DNA of 26,602 nt from a virus (taxonomy: Duplodnaviria > Caudoviricetes), in IMG/VR virus record IMGVR_UViG_3300032227_001068, positions 1 to 26,602 of that record; one strand, 5' to 3'. Of the stretch, positions 16,778 to 26,084 are shown in pieces (positions within the stretch are counted from its first letter, which is position 1; each line of letters begins with the position of its first letter). The translations under genes and the position numbers were made by a program. The notes under the pieces were generated by a model. The model did no database searches. It had not been told where the DNA came from and saw only the letters and a list, made by a program, of their open reading frames with translations.

Positions 16778-17988
16778 AGGGCAATGCGTTTGTTCCGTTC
16801 ATGCTGCGGCGCGGCGATGGCTCCACGCTGTCGCTTGATTTCACCGCGATGGGTGACACGCTTGATAGTCGCTTCACCTTCACGCGTAGCAGCACCACTA
16901 GCACCTACATCAACTCCAGCGGGCTAGTTGCAACTGCTGGAACGAATGTCCCACGCTTCAACTATGACCCGACCACGCTAACCCACCGCGGGTTGCTCAT
17001 TGAAGGTACTGCAACAAACCTGGTAACCAATTCGCAGAACATCACAACAGGTACTTGGACCGTCGGTGGAAACACTACCTTGACTGCGAATACTACCGAA
17101 GTTACTGACCCTGCGGGTGGAAACACCGCAACCAAAATTGCGCTCTCCGCGGGTGCGTATTGTTCTAGAGCGCAACTGGTGACGGTTCTTGCAAATACCG
17201 CTTACACATTCTCATTTTGGATTCGCGGCACAGCAGGATCAACACAGCGAATTTTCGAGTTTGGCGGTGGTGACTTGGTTTCGCAAACAACTCTCACTTA
17301 CACGAATACTGGCTGGACGCGGGTACAGGTTCAATTTACATCGGCAACAATTACCACGATATTTGTGTATGTGTGCAGCAAAAGCACAAGTGCTGGTTCT
17401 AGTGATGTTCTTTATGCGTGGGGCGCCCAACTGGAATTAGGTTCCGGTGCATCGTCTTACATCCCAACTGTCGGAAGCACCGTGCAGCGCACAGCAGATA
17501 CCTGCATCGCATCCAGCACCGGGTTTTCTTCATGGTTCACCGGCGGCACAAGCGGAACGTTTTACGCTGATTGGTTTGGCGGCGTGCGAAACATCACTAG
17601 CACGGTTCGCACCGTTCTTTCCACTTCCGATGTAACCGGCCGCCATCTGCACCTTCAGCAAACCGCTGCCGCTGGAAACCTAAAGGTTGCAGATTTCGGG
17701 GCCGCCAATTCGGTGACCACATCCAACAGCATCACAAGCGGAGCGCGCACCAAGGGTGCGTTTTCGTTCAGCGGAAGCACCGTGAATCTGACCCTGAATG
17801 GTGGCACGGTTGCGACATCTTCAAGCCTCGCGTTTTCAACCGCGCCCACATGGCTGGTGCTGGGTGGAACTTCAACCGATGGCAGCACCAACACGGATGC
17901 CACGGTGCTACTGAATGGATCAATCCGGGCCATCAAGTATTGGCCAAGCGTCCTGCCAACCGCAACCCTTCAGAGCCTCACCACATGA
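16774..17988 (+). CDS. Head fibre/spike-like protein with carbohydrate-binding/LamG-like domains
   Basis: FTFTRSS...PRFNYDP...GLLIEGTATNL, WGAQLE, SSYIPT; Thr/Ser-rich beta protein between head and neck genes. Confidence 0.65.
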   Translation: MKGNAFVPFMLRRGDGSTLSLDFTAMGDTLDSRFTFTRSSTTSTYINSSGLVATAGTNVPRFNYDPTTLTHRGLLIEGTATNLVTNSQNITTGTWTVGGNTTLTANTTEVTDPAGGNTATKIALSAGAYCSRAQLVTVLANTAYTFSFWIRGTAGSTQRIFEFGGGDLVSQTTLTYTNTGWTRVQVQFTSATITTIFVYVCSKSTSAGSSDVLYAWGAQLELGSGASSYIPTVGSTVQRTADTCIASSTGFSSWFTGGTSGTFYADWFGGVRNITSTVRTVLSTSDVTGRHLHLQQTAAAGNLKVADFGAANSVTTSNSITSGARTKGAFSFSGSTVNLTLNGGTVATSSSLAFSTAPTWLVLGGTSTDGSTNTDATVLLNGSIRAIKYWPSVLPTATLQSLTT

Positions 17989-18278
17989 CCGATTACTACC
18001 TGCGATCCAACACCGAAACGCAGATGGCCGAGGCTTTCGATGCCATCGGCGTTACGGTTCAACGCATCGATGGCGAGTGCCACAGCCTGGACGGGCAGCG
18101 CATCGACATTGGATGGATTGGCCCCGTTACATGGATCGATGCAGCCACGGGGCAACCGCAAACTGATAGCCGCTTTCATGCGAACTTGCGCGTGGCCGGT
18201 GAACTGACCGAGGCCCAAGCCGCGGAGCTTCCGATCCTTGACCCTGCACCATCTACCCCCATGAGGGTTTGGGCGTGA
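17985..18278 (+). CDS. Hypothetical protein, likely fibre partner
   Basis: MTDYYLR...FHANLR...PSTPMRVWA; ATGA coupling. Confidence 0.7.
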   Translation: MTDYYLRSNTETQMAEAFDAIGVTVQRIDGECHSLDGQRIDIGWIGPVTWIDAATGQPQTDSRFHANLRVAGELTEAQAAELPILDPAPSTPMRVWA

Positions 18279-18862
18279 GAACGAACCTGAACGACACCGG
18301 CGCAGTCACCACGGCAATCAGCGTGGCCGATTTCAAAGTTTTCGGGCGCATCTTCCATACCCAAGATGACACCGCCCTGGGCGATATGGTGCTAGCCGCA
18401 ACGCAGGTGATCGAAAACGAAACGCGGCGGGCGCTGATCACGCGTTCGTTCACCTATTCGCTGGAAGCGTTCCCCACCGATGGCGAAATCGTGTTGCCGC
18501 GTTCGCCATTCATTTCGGTTTCCAGCATCACCTACACCGACGCAGCCGGAGCCACGCAGACGCTTTCCGCGAGCGCCTACAACGCGTTCAGCGTCAACGG
18601 CATTGGGCGCGTCATACTGAAGGGTTCGCAATCGTGGCCTAGCACGCTTGGTGAGGGGGCGCTTGATGTGTCCGTGGCATTCACCGCGGGCTATGGTGCG
18701 GCGGCCGCGAACATCCCCCGCGCCCTAGTACACGCGTGCCTGCTGCAATGCAGCCACATGTATGACAATCGCGCGAGCGTGGCGATGGGTGCGGCACCTG
18801 TTGAAATCCCGATGACCGTTCGCCGGTTGATCGTGCAGTATCAGGATGGGGGCTACTGGTGA
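18275..18862 (+). CDS. Head-tail connector (gp6-like)
   Basis: ENETRRALIT, FTAGYG, MYDNR motifs. Confidence 0.88.
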   Translation: MRTNLNDTGAVTTAISVADFKVFGRIFHTQDDTALGDMVLAATQVIENETRRALITRSFTYSLEAFPTDGEIVLPRSPFISVSSITYTDAAGATQTLSASAYNAFSVNGIGRVILKGSQSWPSTLGEGALDVSVAFTAGYGAAAANIPRALVHACLLQCSHMYDNRASVAMGAAPVEIPMTVRRLIVQYQDGGYW

Positions 18863-19209
18863 ACCCCGGCAACATGCGCGTGGCGCTGGAGCTGTTGGGG
18901 GCCACTACCGCGCTGGATACCTACGGGCAGCCCATCCGCACGGTCAACGCGGCGGGCACGGGAACCATCCTGTTTGCCGAAATCAGCGACGCGACCCCCA
19001 GCGAGCGCATGAACCACAAGCAACTTGACCAGGTGGTGACGCACCGAATCCGCTTGCGGTGGAATCCAAATGTGAGCCACCGCAGCCAGTTGCAAACCGT
19101 ATCGACCGAGGGCGGGATGACCCGCCGGGTGTGGGAAATCGTGACCGTTACCGATTGGCGCGAGCGCCGCGAGTTCCTTGATTGCATGGCTACGGAGATC
19201 GTCCAGTAG
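18859..19209 (+). CDS. Head closure protein (SPP1 gp16-like)
   Basis: MNPGNMR, THRIRLRW; synteny. Confidence 0.8.
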   Translation: MNPGNMRVALELLGATTALDTYGQPIRTVNAAGTGTILFAEISDATPSERMNHKQLDQVVTHRIRLRWNPNVSHRSQLQTVSTEGGMTRRVWEIVTVTDWRERREFLDCMATEIVQ

Positions 19210-19754
19210 TGGCTAGCGCGCGCCAAAGGATGATCGTGGAAGGGATGCCGGAGTTCCGGAAAACCATCCTTGCGATGACCGGCCGCGAACTGGATGACAC
19301 CGTGTTGAAGGTGTTGCAGGAGATGGGCGAGCCAACCCAAATGGCGTTGCTCCAGTACTTCGATTCCCTCACCGGCAAGCACGATGGCGAGAGCCTGCAA
19401 CGCGCGTTGCAACACCGCTGGTGGAACAAAAATCGAAAACAGGGATTGCCCGTTGGCTTTACCCGAAACCTAGCCATTCAAGCCCTCGTGCGCGATGGCA
19501 AAGATGGGTGGGGCTTCAAGGTGGCGAAGCTTAAGCGCGGCGTGGGCTACCTGCTGCGCTTGAAGGCGTGGGGCCCAGGCATGTTCCTGATGGAGTCCGG
19601 CCGCCATTCGAAGCGTTCCTACCGCGGGTTCAACGGGGCGTTTTCGATCCTGAAGCGGTTTCGGTACACGGCCGAAAGCCAGTTAAACCGCAAGTTGCCC
19701 GAAGTCTTTGAGCGCCTAGCGGCCAAGGCCGCGGCGCGGAATGGGGTGAAATGA
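19209..19754 (+). CDS. Neck/tail completion protein (HK97 gp10 position)
   Basis: Basic protein, VEGMPE start, synteny only. Confidence 0.55.
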   Translation: MASARQRMIVEGMPEFRKTILAMTGRELDDTVLKVLQEMGEPTQMALLQYFDSLTGKHDGESLQRALQHRWWNKNRKQGLPVGFTRNLAIQALVRDGKDGWGFKVAKLKRGVGYLLRLKAWGPGMFLMESGRHSKRSYRGFNGAFSILKRFRYTAESQLNRKLPEVFERLAAKAAARNGVK

Positions 19755-20206
19755 GTAGCACCATCATCGCAGCCATCCGCCAAGGCTTGGTTCAGAACAC
19801 CGCGGTTACAACGCTGGTGCCGGAATCCCGGATCACTTCCGCCTATCGCCAGGACACCGGAACCTTGCCCGCCATCGTGCTGACGGTGCAGACTGACGAG
19901 GCGGTGAGTCCGTCATTCCCCCGCACCGATTGTTTGCGGCGTATGGCCATGAACATCGAATGCATCGCAACCAGCCTGAAGGCGGCGCGCGAACTGGGCG
20001 AGATCGTGCGCCGCGCAATGCATGGCGCAGCCGGTACGGCAAGCAGCACAACCATCCATGAAATCCGTGAAAACGGCATTACATCGACTTATGATGTGGG
20101 CGCAGAAGGCACGGAAACGGGAATCCACATCGCGGTGGTATCGGTCGATGCCTACTACCGCGCGCAATCGGTTGCACCCACCACCATCACCACCCCCGGC
20201 GGGTAA
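19751..20206 (+). CDS. Tail terminator (DUF3168-like)
   Basis: LVQNTAVTTLV, LPAIV, ARELGEIVRRAM; precedes tail tube. Confidence 0.75.
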   Translation: MSSTIIAAIRQGLVQNTAVTTLVPESRITSAYRQDTGTLPAIVLTVQTDEAVSPSFPRTDCLRRMAMNIECIATSLKAARELGEIVRRAMHGAAGTASSTTIHEIRENGITSTYDVGAEGTETGIHIAVVSVDAYYRAQSVAPTTITTPGG

Positions 20207-20224
20207 CACAGAGAGGAAACGCAC

Positions 20225-20680
20225 ATGGCCGCATTCACGAGTTTCGGAACCACGCTCAAGGTTGGCCCACTTGCCAGCGGCGCTTATTCAGCGCCAAGCG
20301 CAGCGGTTGGCGAAATCCTTTCGCTGAACCTGGATGGCATCAAGCTCAACACCATCGATGTTTCGAACCTGGGCAACCAGTTTCGCACTTACGCGGCGGG
20401 CCTGATCGATAGCGGCACCGTGTCGCTTGAGGTAAATCTTGATCCCGATGACGCGCAGCAGGTGACCGTGCTGGGCCAACTGGATGTGACCGCGGCCACC
20501 ACCCGCCCGGCGCTGAAGTCCTGGCTGATCACTTTCGGAACCACCGGAAATGCTGGTGCAACCTTCGCGTTTATCGGATTTGTGACCGATTTCAGCGTGA
20601 AGGGTGCGATGGATTCGGCGGTTACCGCGTCGATCAGCATCAAGATTTCCGGAAGCGTCACCTTCACGGATGTGGACTAA
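20225..20680 (+). CDS. Tail tube (major tail) protein
   Basis: IDVSNL, AGLIDSGTVSLEVN, FIGFVT, IKISG; GAGGA RBS. Confidence 0.88.
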   Translation: MAAFTSFGTTLKVGPLASGAYSAPSAAVGEILSLNLDGIKLNTIDVSNLGNQFRTYAAGLIDSGTVSLEVNLDPDDAQQVTVLGQLDVTAATTRPALKSWLITFGTTGNAGATFAFIGFVTDFSVKGAMDSAVTASISIKISGSVTFTDVD

Positions 20681-20683
20681 ACC

Positions 20684-21025
20684 GTGAGCGACCTGAAAGC
20701 CAAGTTTCTCGCACTCCGGGCCACCGTTCCTACCGAGCAAGTAACGGTGCCCGGAGTTGGCGTTGTGACCATGCGCGGGCTCACCGCAGGCAAGCGAGAC
20801 GAGTGGGAGCAGCGCATTTGGAGCGCCAAGGGAAAGACCCTCACCAACATCCGCGCCAGCCTCGTGGCCATGTGCGCGTATGACGGTGACGCTCCGATGT
20901 TCAGCGCCGCGGACATCGAAGCCATTGGGGACATGCCCGCATCCGTCATTGATGAGTTGTACGACATCGCAACGCGGCTTTCGGGCATGGGTGCGAAGGA
21001 CAAGGAAGCCATCGAAAAAAATTGA
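20684..21025 (+). CDS. Tail assembly chaperone (gpG-like)
   Basis: Between tube and TMP; ends IEKN on slippery A AAA AAT. Confidence 0.85.
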   Translation: MSDLKAKFLALRATVPTEQVTVPGVGVVTMRGLTAGKRDEWEQRIWSAKGKTLTNIRASLVAMCAYDGDAPMFSAADIEAIGDMPASVIDELYDIATRLSGMGAKDKEAIEKN

Positions 21026-21339
21026 GTGAGCGACCGCTTCGGCGCTTCCTGTTCCAACTGGCACTAGCGTTAGGGAAGACGGTCGCGGAACTAGAGGAAA
21101 CCATGTCGAGTCGCGAACTAACCGAATGGATCGCCTACAACGCAGTCCAGCCTTTCGGTGATACGCGCGCCGATTTGCGTTCCGCGATCATCGCCAGCAC
21201 CGTGGCGAACTGCCACCGCACTAGCGGCACGCCATTCAAGGTGGCGGATTTCATGCCCTACGAAGAAAAGCCCAAGGGCGCGCCGCTGGATGCGGTGAAG
21301 CAGTTGCGCGCCATGTTTGGAGGAAAGCGCAATGGGTAA
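21022..21339 (+). CDS. Tail assembly chaperone -1 frame extension (gpT-like)
   Basis: LALALGKTVAEL...MSSRELTEW...PFG; -1 frame relative to upstream ORF. Confidence 0.85.
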   Translation: MSERPLRRFLFQLALALGKTVAELEETMSSRELTEWIAYNAVQPFGDTRADLRSAIIASTVANCHRTSGTPFKVADFMPYEEKPKGAPLDAVKQLRAMFGGKRNG

Positions 21340-22522
21340 TGTCGCAGCGTTCAAAACACGTATCACGCTTGAATCCGATCAGTACATCGCCGGTTGGAAG
21401 AAGGTGGAATCCGCTACCACGAACAAGGTGAGCGGTATCGAAGCGGCCATTTCCAAGGGCATGAAGTCTTGGAGTAATTCGATGGGGAAAGCGATCAGCG
21501 GGTTTCTTGGAATCCAACTTGCTGACACGCTGCTGAAGTCCATCGATGAAACACTCAAGAATCCAATCTTCAACAATTCCGGCGCGAACATTGCCTACGC
21601 CATTGGCGATGGATTCGCCAAGACACTTGAAAGCATCCCGGTTGCTGGCACCCTAGGCAAGTGGATTGGGCAGGGTTTGGGATCGGCCACCGATGCCATC
21701 GGGTTGACCAGCGACGCAAGCGGGAATCAGGAAGCGCGGCAGCAAGCAAGCCGAGAGGAAGCCGCGCGAAATGAGCGGATGCTTGCCGTGGGTTCCAAAA
21801 TGGCGGCCGATTTGGAGAAGCAGCGCGAACTAGCCGAAGCGGTAAGCGACGAACAGCGCACCCGCGTGGAGCGAGCGCAGCGCCTGGCGGAACTTGAAAA
21901 GCAATTGAACGATCAGATGACGAAGGAAGGCGCGAAGGGGCCGGAGATCGTCGCAGCCCGCGACAAGCTGCGCGCGGCATTTGAGGCCACGAGCGCGGCG
22001 CAGGATGAAGCCCTCAAGCGCCAAGAGCGTGAGAAGATGCTTGCCGATCAAGCGGCAGAGGCAGAGAAGGAACGCGCACGCGTTGCAGAAGAGGCCGCGA
22101 AGGCGCAAGAGCGCGCCCAGGCTGATGCGGAGAAGCGCGCGGAAATGCGCGCCGCCGCAGAGGAGCGCCGAGAGGAATCCGTGATGAACTTCATGGATGA
22201 TTTGCAGGACGCGCTAGACGAGCGCACGATGACCGAAGATCAGTTGTTTCAGAAGAAGATGGATCGGTTGGGTCTTGACGCGCAGGAGCAAGAGAGTGCG
22301 CGCGCGCTGAATGAGAAACTGAAGGCGGCCGAAGCCGGTGCATCCAAGACCACCGCGGTATCCAACATCGAAAGCATCCAAAGCGCCGTGGGCAGCGTGA
22401 AAATGGCTGGCACCACGAGCGGGCTAGATAAACTGGCGAAGCCCGCAGAGGCCACCGCCAAGGCCACGGAGGCCAGCGCAACGCACCTGGCGAAACTCGC
22501 AGCAGCAACGGGAGCCGTGTAA
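21332..22522 (+). CDS. Short tape measure protein
   Basis: GGAGG RBS; Ala/Glu-rich helical protein following chaperones; 396 aa. Confidence 0.8.
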   Translation: MGNVAAFKTRITLESDQYIAGWKKVESATTNKVSGIEAAISKGMKSWSNSMGKAISGFLGIQLADTLLKSIDETLKNPIFNNSGANIAYAIGDGFAKTLESIPVAGTLGKWIGQGLGSATDAIGLTSDASGNQEARQQASREEAARNERMLAVGSKMAADLEKQRELAEAVSDEQRTRVERAQRLAELEKQLNDQMTKEGAKGPEIVAARDKLRAAFEATSAAQDEALKRQEREKMLADQAAEAEKERARVAEEAAKAQERAQADAEKRAEMRAAAEERREESVMNFMDDLQDALDERTMTEDQLFQKKMDRLGLDAQEQESARALNEKLKAAEAGASKTTAVSNIESIQSAVGSVKMAGTTSGLDKLAKPAEATAKATEASATHLAKLAAATGAV

Positions 22523-23428
22523 ATGCCTGTGATCATCAACATTGCCCAGCGCGCCGGTGGAACTACCATCAACTTTGAGCGCGGCAAGTGGAGCGGCAGC
22601 GCGCAATATGTGATCACCGAGGCGGCCGCGCAGGCGCTTACGGCCAGCGACATCCTCGGCAGCGCCACCGTAATTGCGAAACTGTTCCCAACCGAGTACG
22701 GCGGCGCTGGCGGCGCAATCACCGATCAAGGCTCATTCTTCTCGGGCCGCGTGACGCAGCCAAGCTTCTCGCTGGCAATGGTTGATGATGGCGGATATGT
22801 GTGGCAGGCCACCGTTACTTTCGACTCACAGACCGCGGACAATGGCACCACCACCACGGATAACAAGGTGGAGCGCGAGGTTGGATTTACCGCCATCGAA
22901 TACAGCTTGAGCGGCGAGGGCGTGGATGTGTGGCGGGTTGGCGCAACCGCACCCGCGAACAAGTCCATGCCAGCCGATACCGACATCAGCGGCACCAAGG
23001 TTGATAGCGGCGGCGAGCCAATTACCTTTTTCAACAATGTTGCCAAGGTGACCGTTCGCAATGTGGTTGCCGGGCGCCCCACGCCGCCGGTTGGCTTCAT
23101 CAACAACCGGAACAGCGCCAGCTTTACGATTGGCCCCTACTCATTCCCGGCGGACACGCTGCTGTTCACGGGTTGCAGCATCACGCGTGTGGGCCCTGCA
23201 ACCTATGAAATCGTTTATTCATTCGTTTATGACAACGGCTACCACCTGCGGCAGATCGCCAAGCGCGGCCCCGATGGGCAGGTGATCAAGGGAAAGAAAA
23301 CCGATTCCTGCGGCAGCGCGCCAACCACCGTTCCCGATGGCGAGATGAGCAACGCGCTATGCGTGTTCTTCCGGCAGCCGTTCCCAACCACGAGCGCCTT
23401 TAGCGGCATCGGCATAACGGGCATCTGA
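22523..23428 (+). CDS. Tail tip/distal tail-like protein
   Basis: Beta-rich protein immediately after TMP; synteny. Confidence 0.55.
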   Translation: MPVIINIAQRAGGTTINFERGKWSGSAQYVITEAAAQALTASDILGSATVIAKLFPTEYGGAGGAITDQGSFFSGRVTQPSFSLAMVDDGGYVWQATVTFDSQTADNGTTTTDNKVEREVGFTAIEYSLSGEGVDVWRVGATAPANKSMPADTDISGTKVDSGGEPITFFNNVAKVTVRNVVAGRPTPPVGFINNRNSASFTIGPYSFPADTLLFTGCSITRVGPATYEIVYSFVYDNGYHLRQIAKRGPDGQVIKGKKTDSCGSAPTTVPDGEMSNALCVFFRQPFPTTSAFSGIGITGI

Positions 23429-23955
23429 TGTTTGTGAACGGTGTCACCCGCGGGAATGTTGGCCCTTGGTCACCGAACCAAGTGCGCACCATTGCGGACA
23501 CTATCAACCGCATAAACGGCGAGGGGCAGCGCGGGCCCAAGTCCGCACCGCCGCCGGTTGTGGTGTTCATGGCGCGCATTACTGGCAGCACGGCCATTGC
23601 GGGTAAAACCGCGACCATCGGCGGAACCGCCGCGCAGCCAGTCGCGTGGGAATACGATTGGGAAGAGGTGAGCGTGTCCACCACGGGCACCTACAACACC
23701 AGCGATACCTATCGCCGGAAGTCTTCCCTGATCGCCACCAAGGGGAAGGCCATCAATGGGTGCGAAGGCCCGCAGATGATCGGCGCTACCACCACGCTTG
23801 GCCCTGGCATTACCACTTCCAACATCCCTGCCGGGTTCAGTTTCAAGGCCATCGCCAACAACACCGTGGTGATGATGTACGCCACCGCGCGCGCGACGGG
23901 CGAGAACCTGTTTTTCTTCAGCGTGCCGAACGCGGTGGATGGAGCCTGCGCGTGA
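23428..23955 (+). CDS. Putative tail tip protein
   Basis: TGATG coupling; Thr/Gly-rich; ends DGACA. Confidence 0.55.
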   Translation: MFVNGVTRGNVGPWSPNQVRTIADTINRINGEGQRGPKSAPPPVVVFMARITGSTAIAGKTATIGGTAAQPVAWEYDWEEVSVSTTGTYNTSDTYRRKSSLIATKGKAINGCEGPQMIGATTTLGPGITTSNIPAGFSFKAIANNTVVMMYATARATGENLFFFSVPNAVDGACA

Positions 23956-24242
23956 GCCCCGTTCCCTCCATCGGCCCCCGCCACCAGCAGCCCACCACGC
24001 TTGGAACGGTGATCAGCGTGGTGCAACTGGTGGTGCTGGTGGTTGGCGTGGGCGGCATCTTCCAAACGATGGGCCGCAAGGATGCCATCTTGGAGCGCCA
24101 AGACCGCGACCTGACTGAGCTTCGCGCCATCGTGGGCGATTTGGTCAAAGCCCAAGTGCTGGGCGCTGCGAACGATTCCAAGCATGGGGAAACCCTCACC
24201 AGCATCGCGGTGCGCCTTGACCGGCTAGAGGGCCGCCGGTGA
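23952..24242 (+). CDS. Single-TM coiled-coil membrane protein (holin-like)
   Basis: VISVVQLVVLVVGVGGIF followed by heptads ending RLDRLEGRR; GTGA overlaps. Confidence 0.6.
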   Translation: MSPVPSIGPRHQQPTTLGTVISVVQLVVLVVGVGGIFQTMGRKDAILERQDRDLTELRAIVGDLVKAQVLGAANDSKHGETLTSIAVRLDRLEGRR

Positions 24243-24784
24243 TCCGCTGTTTGGTCTTCCTGCTGCTGATCGCCTGCGCCGCGTGCAGCCCTAGCCGGGC
24301 CATTGCGGTTTCGGCTACCGAGGCTGGTGAGCGCGCCGGAACCATCGCCAGGCTGGCAACGCACATCGGGAGCGTGTCTACTCAAACCGAGGTGGTGGCC
24401 GATGCGGCCGCCATCGTGGTTGAAGCCCAGCACATCGAAGCGGCCGCCGGAGCCATCCACAAGGCGCTACCGGGCGTGGAGGATCAGACCCCATGGTGGG
24501 CGGTGCTACTTGGTTACATCGCAGCAGCGGCCGCCCTTGTGGCCGTGGCGGCCATCCTGTGGCAGACGGGAATAGGCGCAGCCATCCGCGTGGCGCTGGG
24601 TTGGATTCCGCGGCCGAGCCTGCGCGATGCGGCCCTCGCCCGCGATGTGATGGAAACTTCCAACCCCGCGACGATCCGGGAATACATTGCAGCAAAGCGC
24701 GCAAGCGATCCCGTGTGGGAAGCCGCTTGGAAGCGCACCGAGGAACCCAAGCCATGTACTACATCGCATCCGCTGAATCCCTGA
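24239..24784 (+). CDS. Lipoprotein with internal TM helix (candidate unimolecular spanin)
   Basis: MIRCLVFLLLIACAA-C-SPS signal; TM WWAVLLGYIAAAAALVAVAAILW. Confidence 0.6.
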   Translation: MIRCLVFLLLIACAACSPSRAIAVSATEAGERAGTIARLATHIGSVSTQTEVVADAAAIVVEAQHIEAAAGAIHKALPGVEDQTPWWAVLLGYIAAAAALVAVAAILWQTGIGAAIRVALGWIPRPSLRDAALARDVMETSNPATIREYIAAKRASDPVWEAAWKRTEEPKPCTTSHPLNP

Positions 24785-24891
24785 TCGGTTCGACCTGGGC
24801 CGCCTTCGCTTGCCTTGCCATCGGCTACATCGCGGGGCACCTTGTTCCGCTGGGCACCATCGCGGGATGGATTCGCGGCACCAAGGGCTAA
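24754..24891 (+). CDS. 45-aa membrane peptide
   Basis: GAGGA RBS; MYYIASAESLIGSTWAAFACLAIGYIAGHLVPLGTIAGWIRGTKG. Confidence 0.6.
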   Translation: MYYIASAESLIGSTWAAFACLAIGYIAGHLVPLGTIAGWIRGTKG

Positions 24892-24894
24892 CCC

Positions 24895-25569
24895 GTGAGC
24901 ATGATGCAGGCGGGCTGCTGCTGCGGGTGTTCTTGCCCGAGCGGGACCACATTGCCTAGTAGCGTTTCGCTCACCATCACCGTGACCGGGTGCCAGGGCA
25001 CCACCGCTATAGTGACATGCGTTCTTCTACTGAACGCAAGCGCACCGTGCGTTGTTGGTGTATGCCTGTGCCAAAAGTATTCATTTACGGCCAACCTAAA
25101 CACAGCTGGCGGGTGCAGCGGCAACTACGCGTGCAACATGCCATACGACTATTTCGACACCTGCCAAAACGGAACGCCTGACCCTGGGCAAGCATTGATA
25201 GGCATTGCAAAGGCTGCAATCGGAACAAACGGGATCGGATTTGATTCCGAGGAGTACCCCGCTTGTGATGTGTGGTTTTTGCGCTTGACGCTGGAACTAA
25301 AGATGGGGCTTACCGACCCAACAGCTCAATCCGCCGGTGATGTTTGTGGAGATTGCCATTGGCACTATCCAGCATTCCCATGCGTTGCGCCAGCATCCCA
25401 AACCTTTGACATGGGATTTTGGAAGGCTACTGGTACAGACCCGCGAGGCACTTATGTGTCCGCTGTTGGTAGCCCAATTCCTGATTCCTGCTGGGTAGAT
25501 GTTCCACCGCCATGCGAACCGTGCGAAGGCTCTTGGGGCATGACCATAAACGATATCACCATCGCATGA
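24895..25569 (+). CDS. Cysteine-rich protein (20 Cys, CCCGCSC N-terminus)
   Basis: Direct translation; visibly lower-GC body. Confidence 0.7.
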   Translation: MSMMQAGCCCGCSCPSGTTLPSSVSLTITVTGCQGTTAIVTCVLLLNASAPCVVGVCLCQKYSFTANLNTAGGCSGNYACNMPYDYFDTCQNGTPDPGQALIGIAKAAIGTNGIGFDSEEYPACDVWFLRLTLELKMGLTDPTAQSAGDVCGDCHWHYPAFPCVAPASQTFDMGFWKATGTDPRGTYVSAVGSPIPDSCWVDVPPPCEPCEGSWGMTINDITIA

Positions 25570-26084
25570 TTGAGTGCGACCATTGGAGCGAGTGCGGCGT
25601 GAGCGGCGGCGGCTGCTGCGCTGCTAACCACTACGGCGGCCGCCCCAGCGCGGGCGTGTGCAAGCAATGCCCGCACCGCGTGGTCAAGGGCGAGCGGCCG
25701 ATGGGCATCGGTGAAACAATCAACTACGGTTTCGCATCGCGCGCCGCGGCCTATCTAGCTGCGGAGCGCAGGCACGCCACCCAAGGCCCCGCCAGCGTCC
25801 AAGTGCAGGGTGAGCGCGCGGCCATTTGCCGAGCGTGCGAAGGCCGCGCCGAGGTGGTGGAGGGCGCTACCGATCCCGGCGGCATCGGTTGGTGTACCAA
25901 GTGCGGGTGCGGTTCCAACCGCCGCGCGGCGCTATCGGTGAAGTTGACCCTTGCCGGGGCAACCTGCCCGCTGGGCAAGTGGCAGCCCGTAGAGGGCACA
26001 GGCGCAAGCCTGGGCACCGTGGCCGAGGCCATCACCGGCGTGGCCAGCAGCGTGGTGGATACAGCCAAGCGGCTGCTGGGCTAG
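25566..26084 (+). CDS. Cysteine-rich protein (12 Cys; RxxICxxC...CxxCGC...CPLGKW)
   Basis: ATGA coupling; metal-binding-like Cys pattern reminiscent of DUF6171-type proteins. Confidence 0.7.
   Translation: MIECDHWSECGVSGGGCCAANHYGGRPSAGVCKQCPHRVVKGERPMGIGETINYGFASRAAAYLAAERRHATQGPASVQVQGERAAICRACEGRAEVVEGATDPGGIGWCTKCGCGSNRRAALSVKLTLAGATCPLGKWQPVEGTGASLGTVAEAITGVASSVVDTAKRLLG

Noticed and set aside
25345-25359. CxxCH (CGDCH) heme c motif
   Set aside because: Single occurrence in a 20-Cys protein with no export signal; likely chance.
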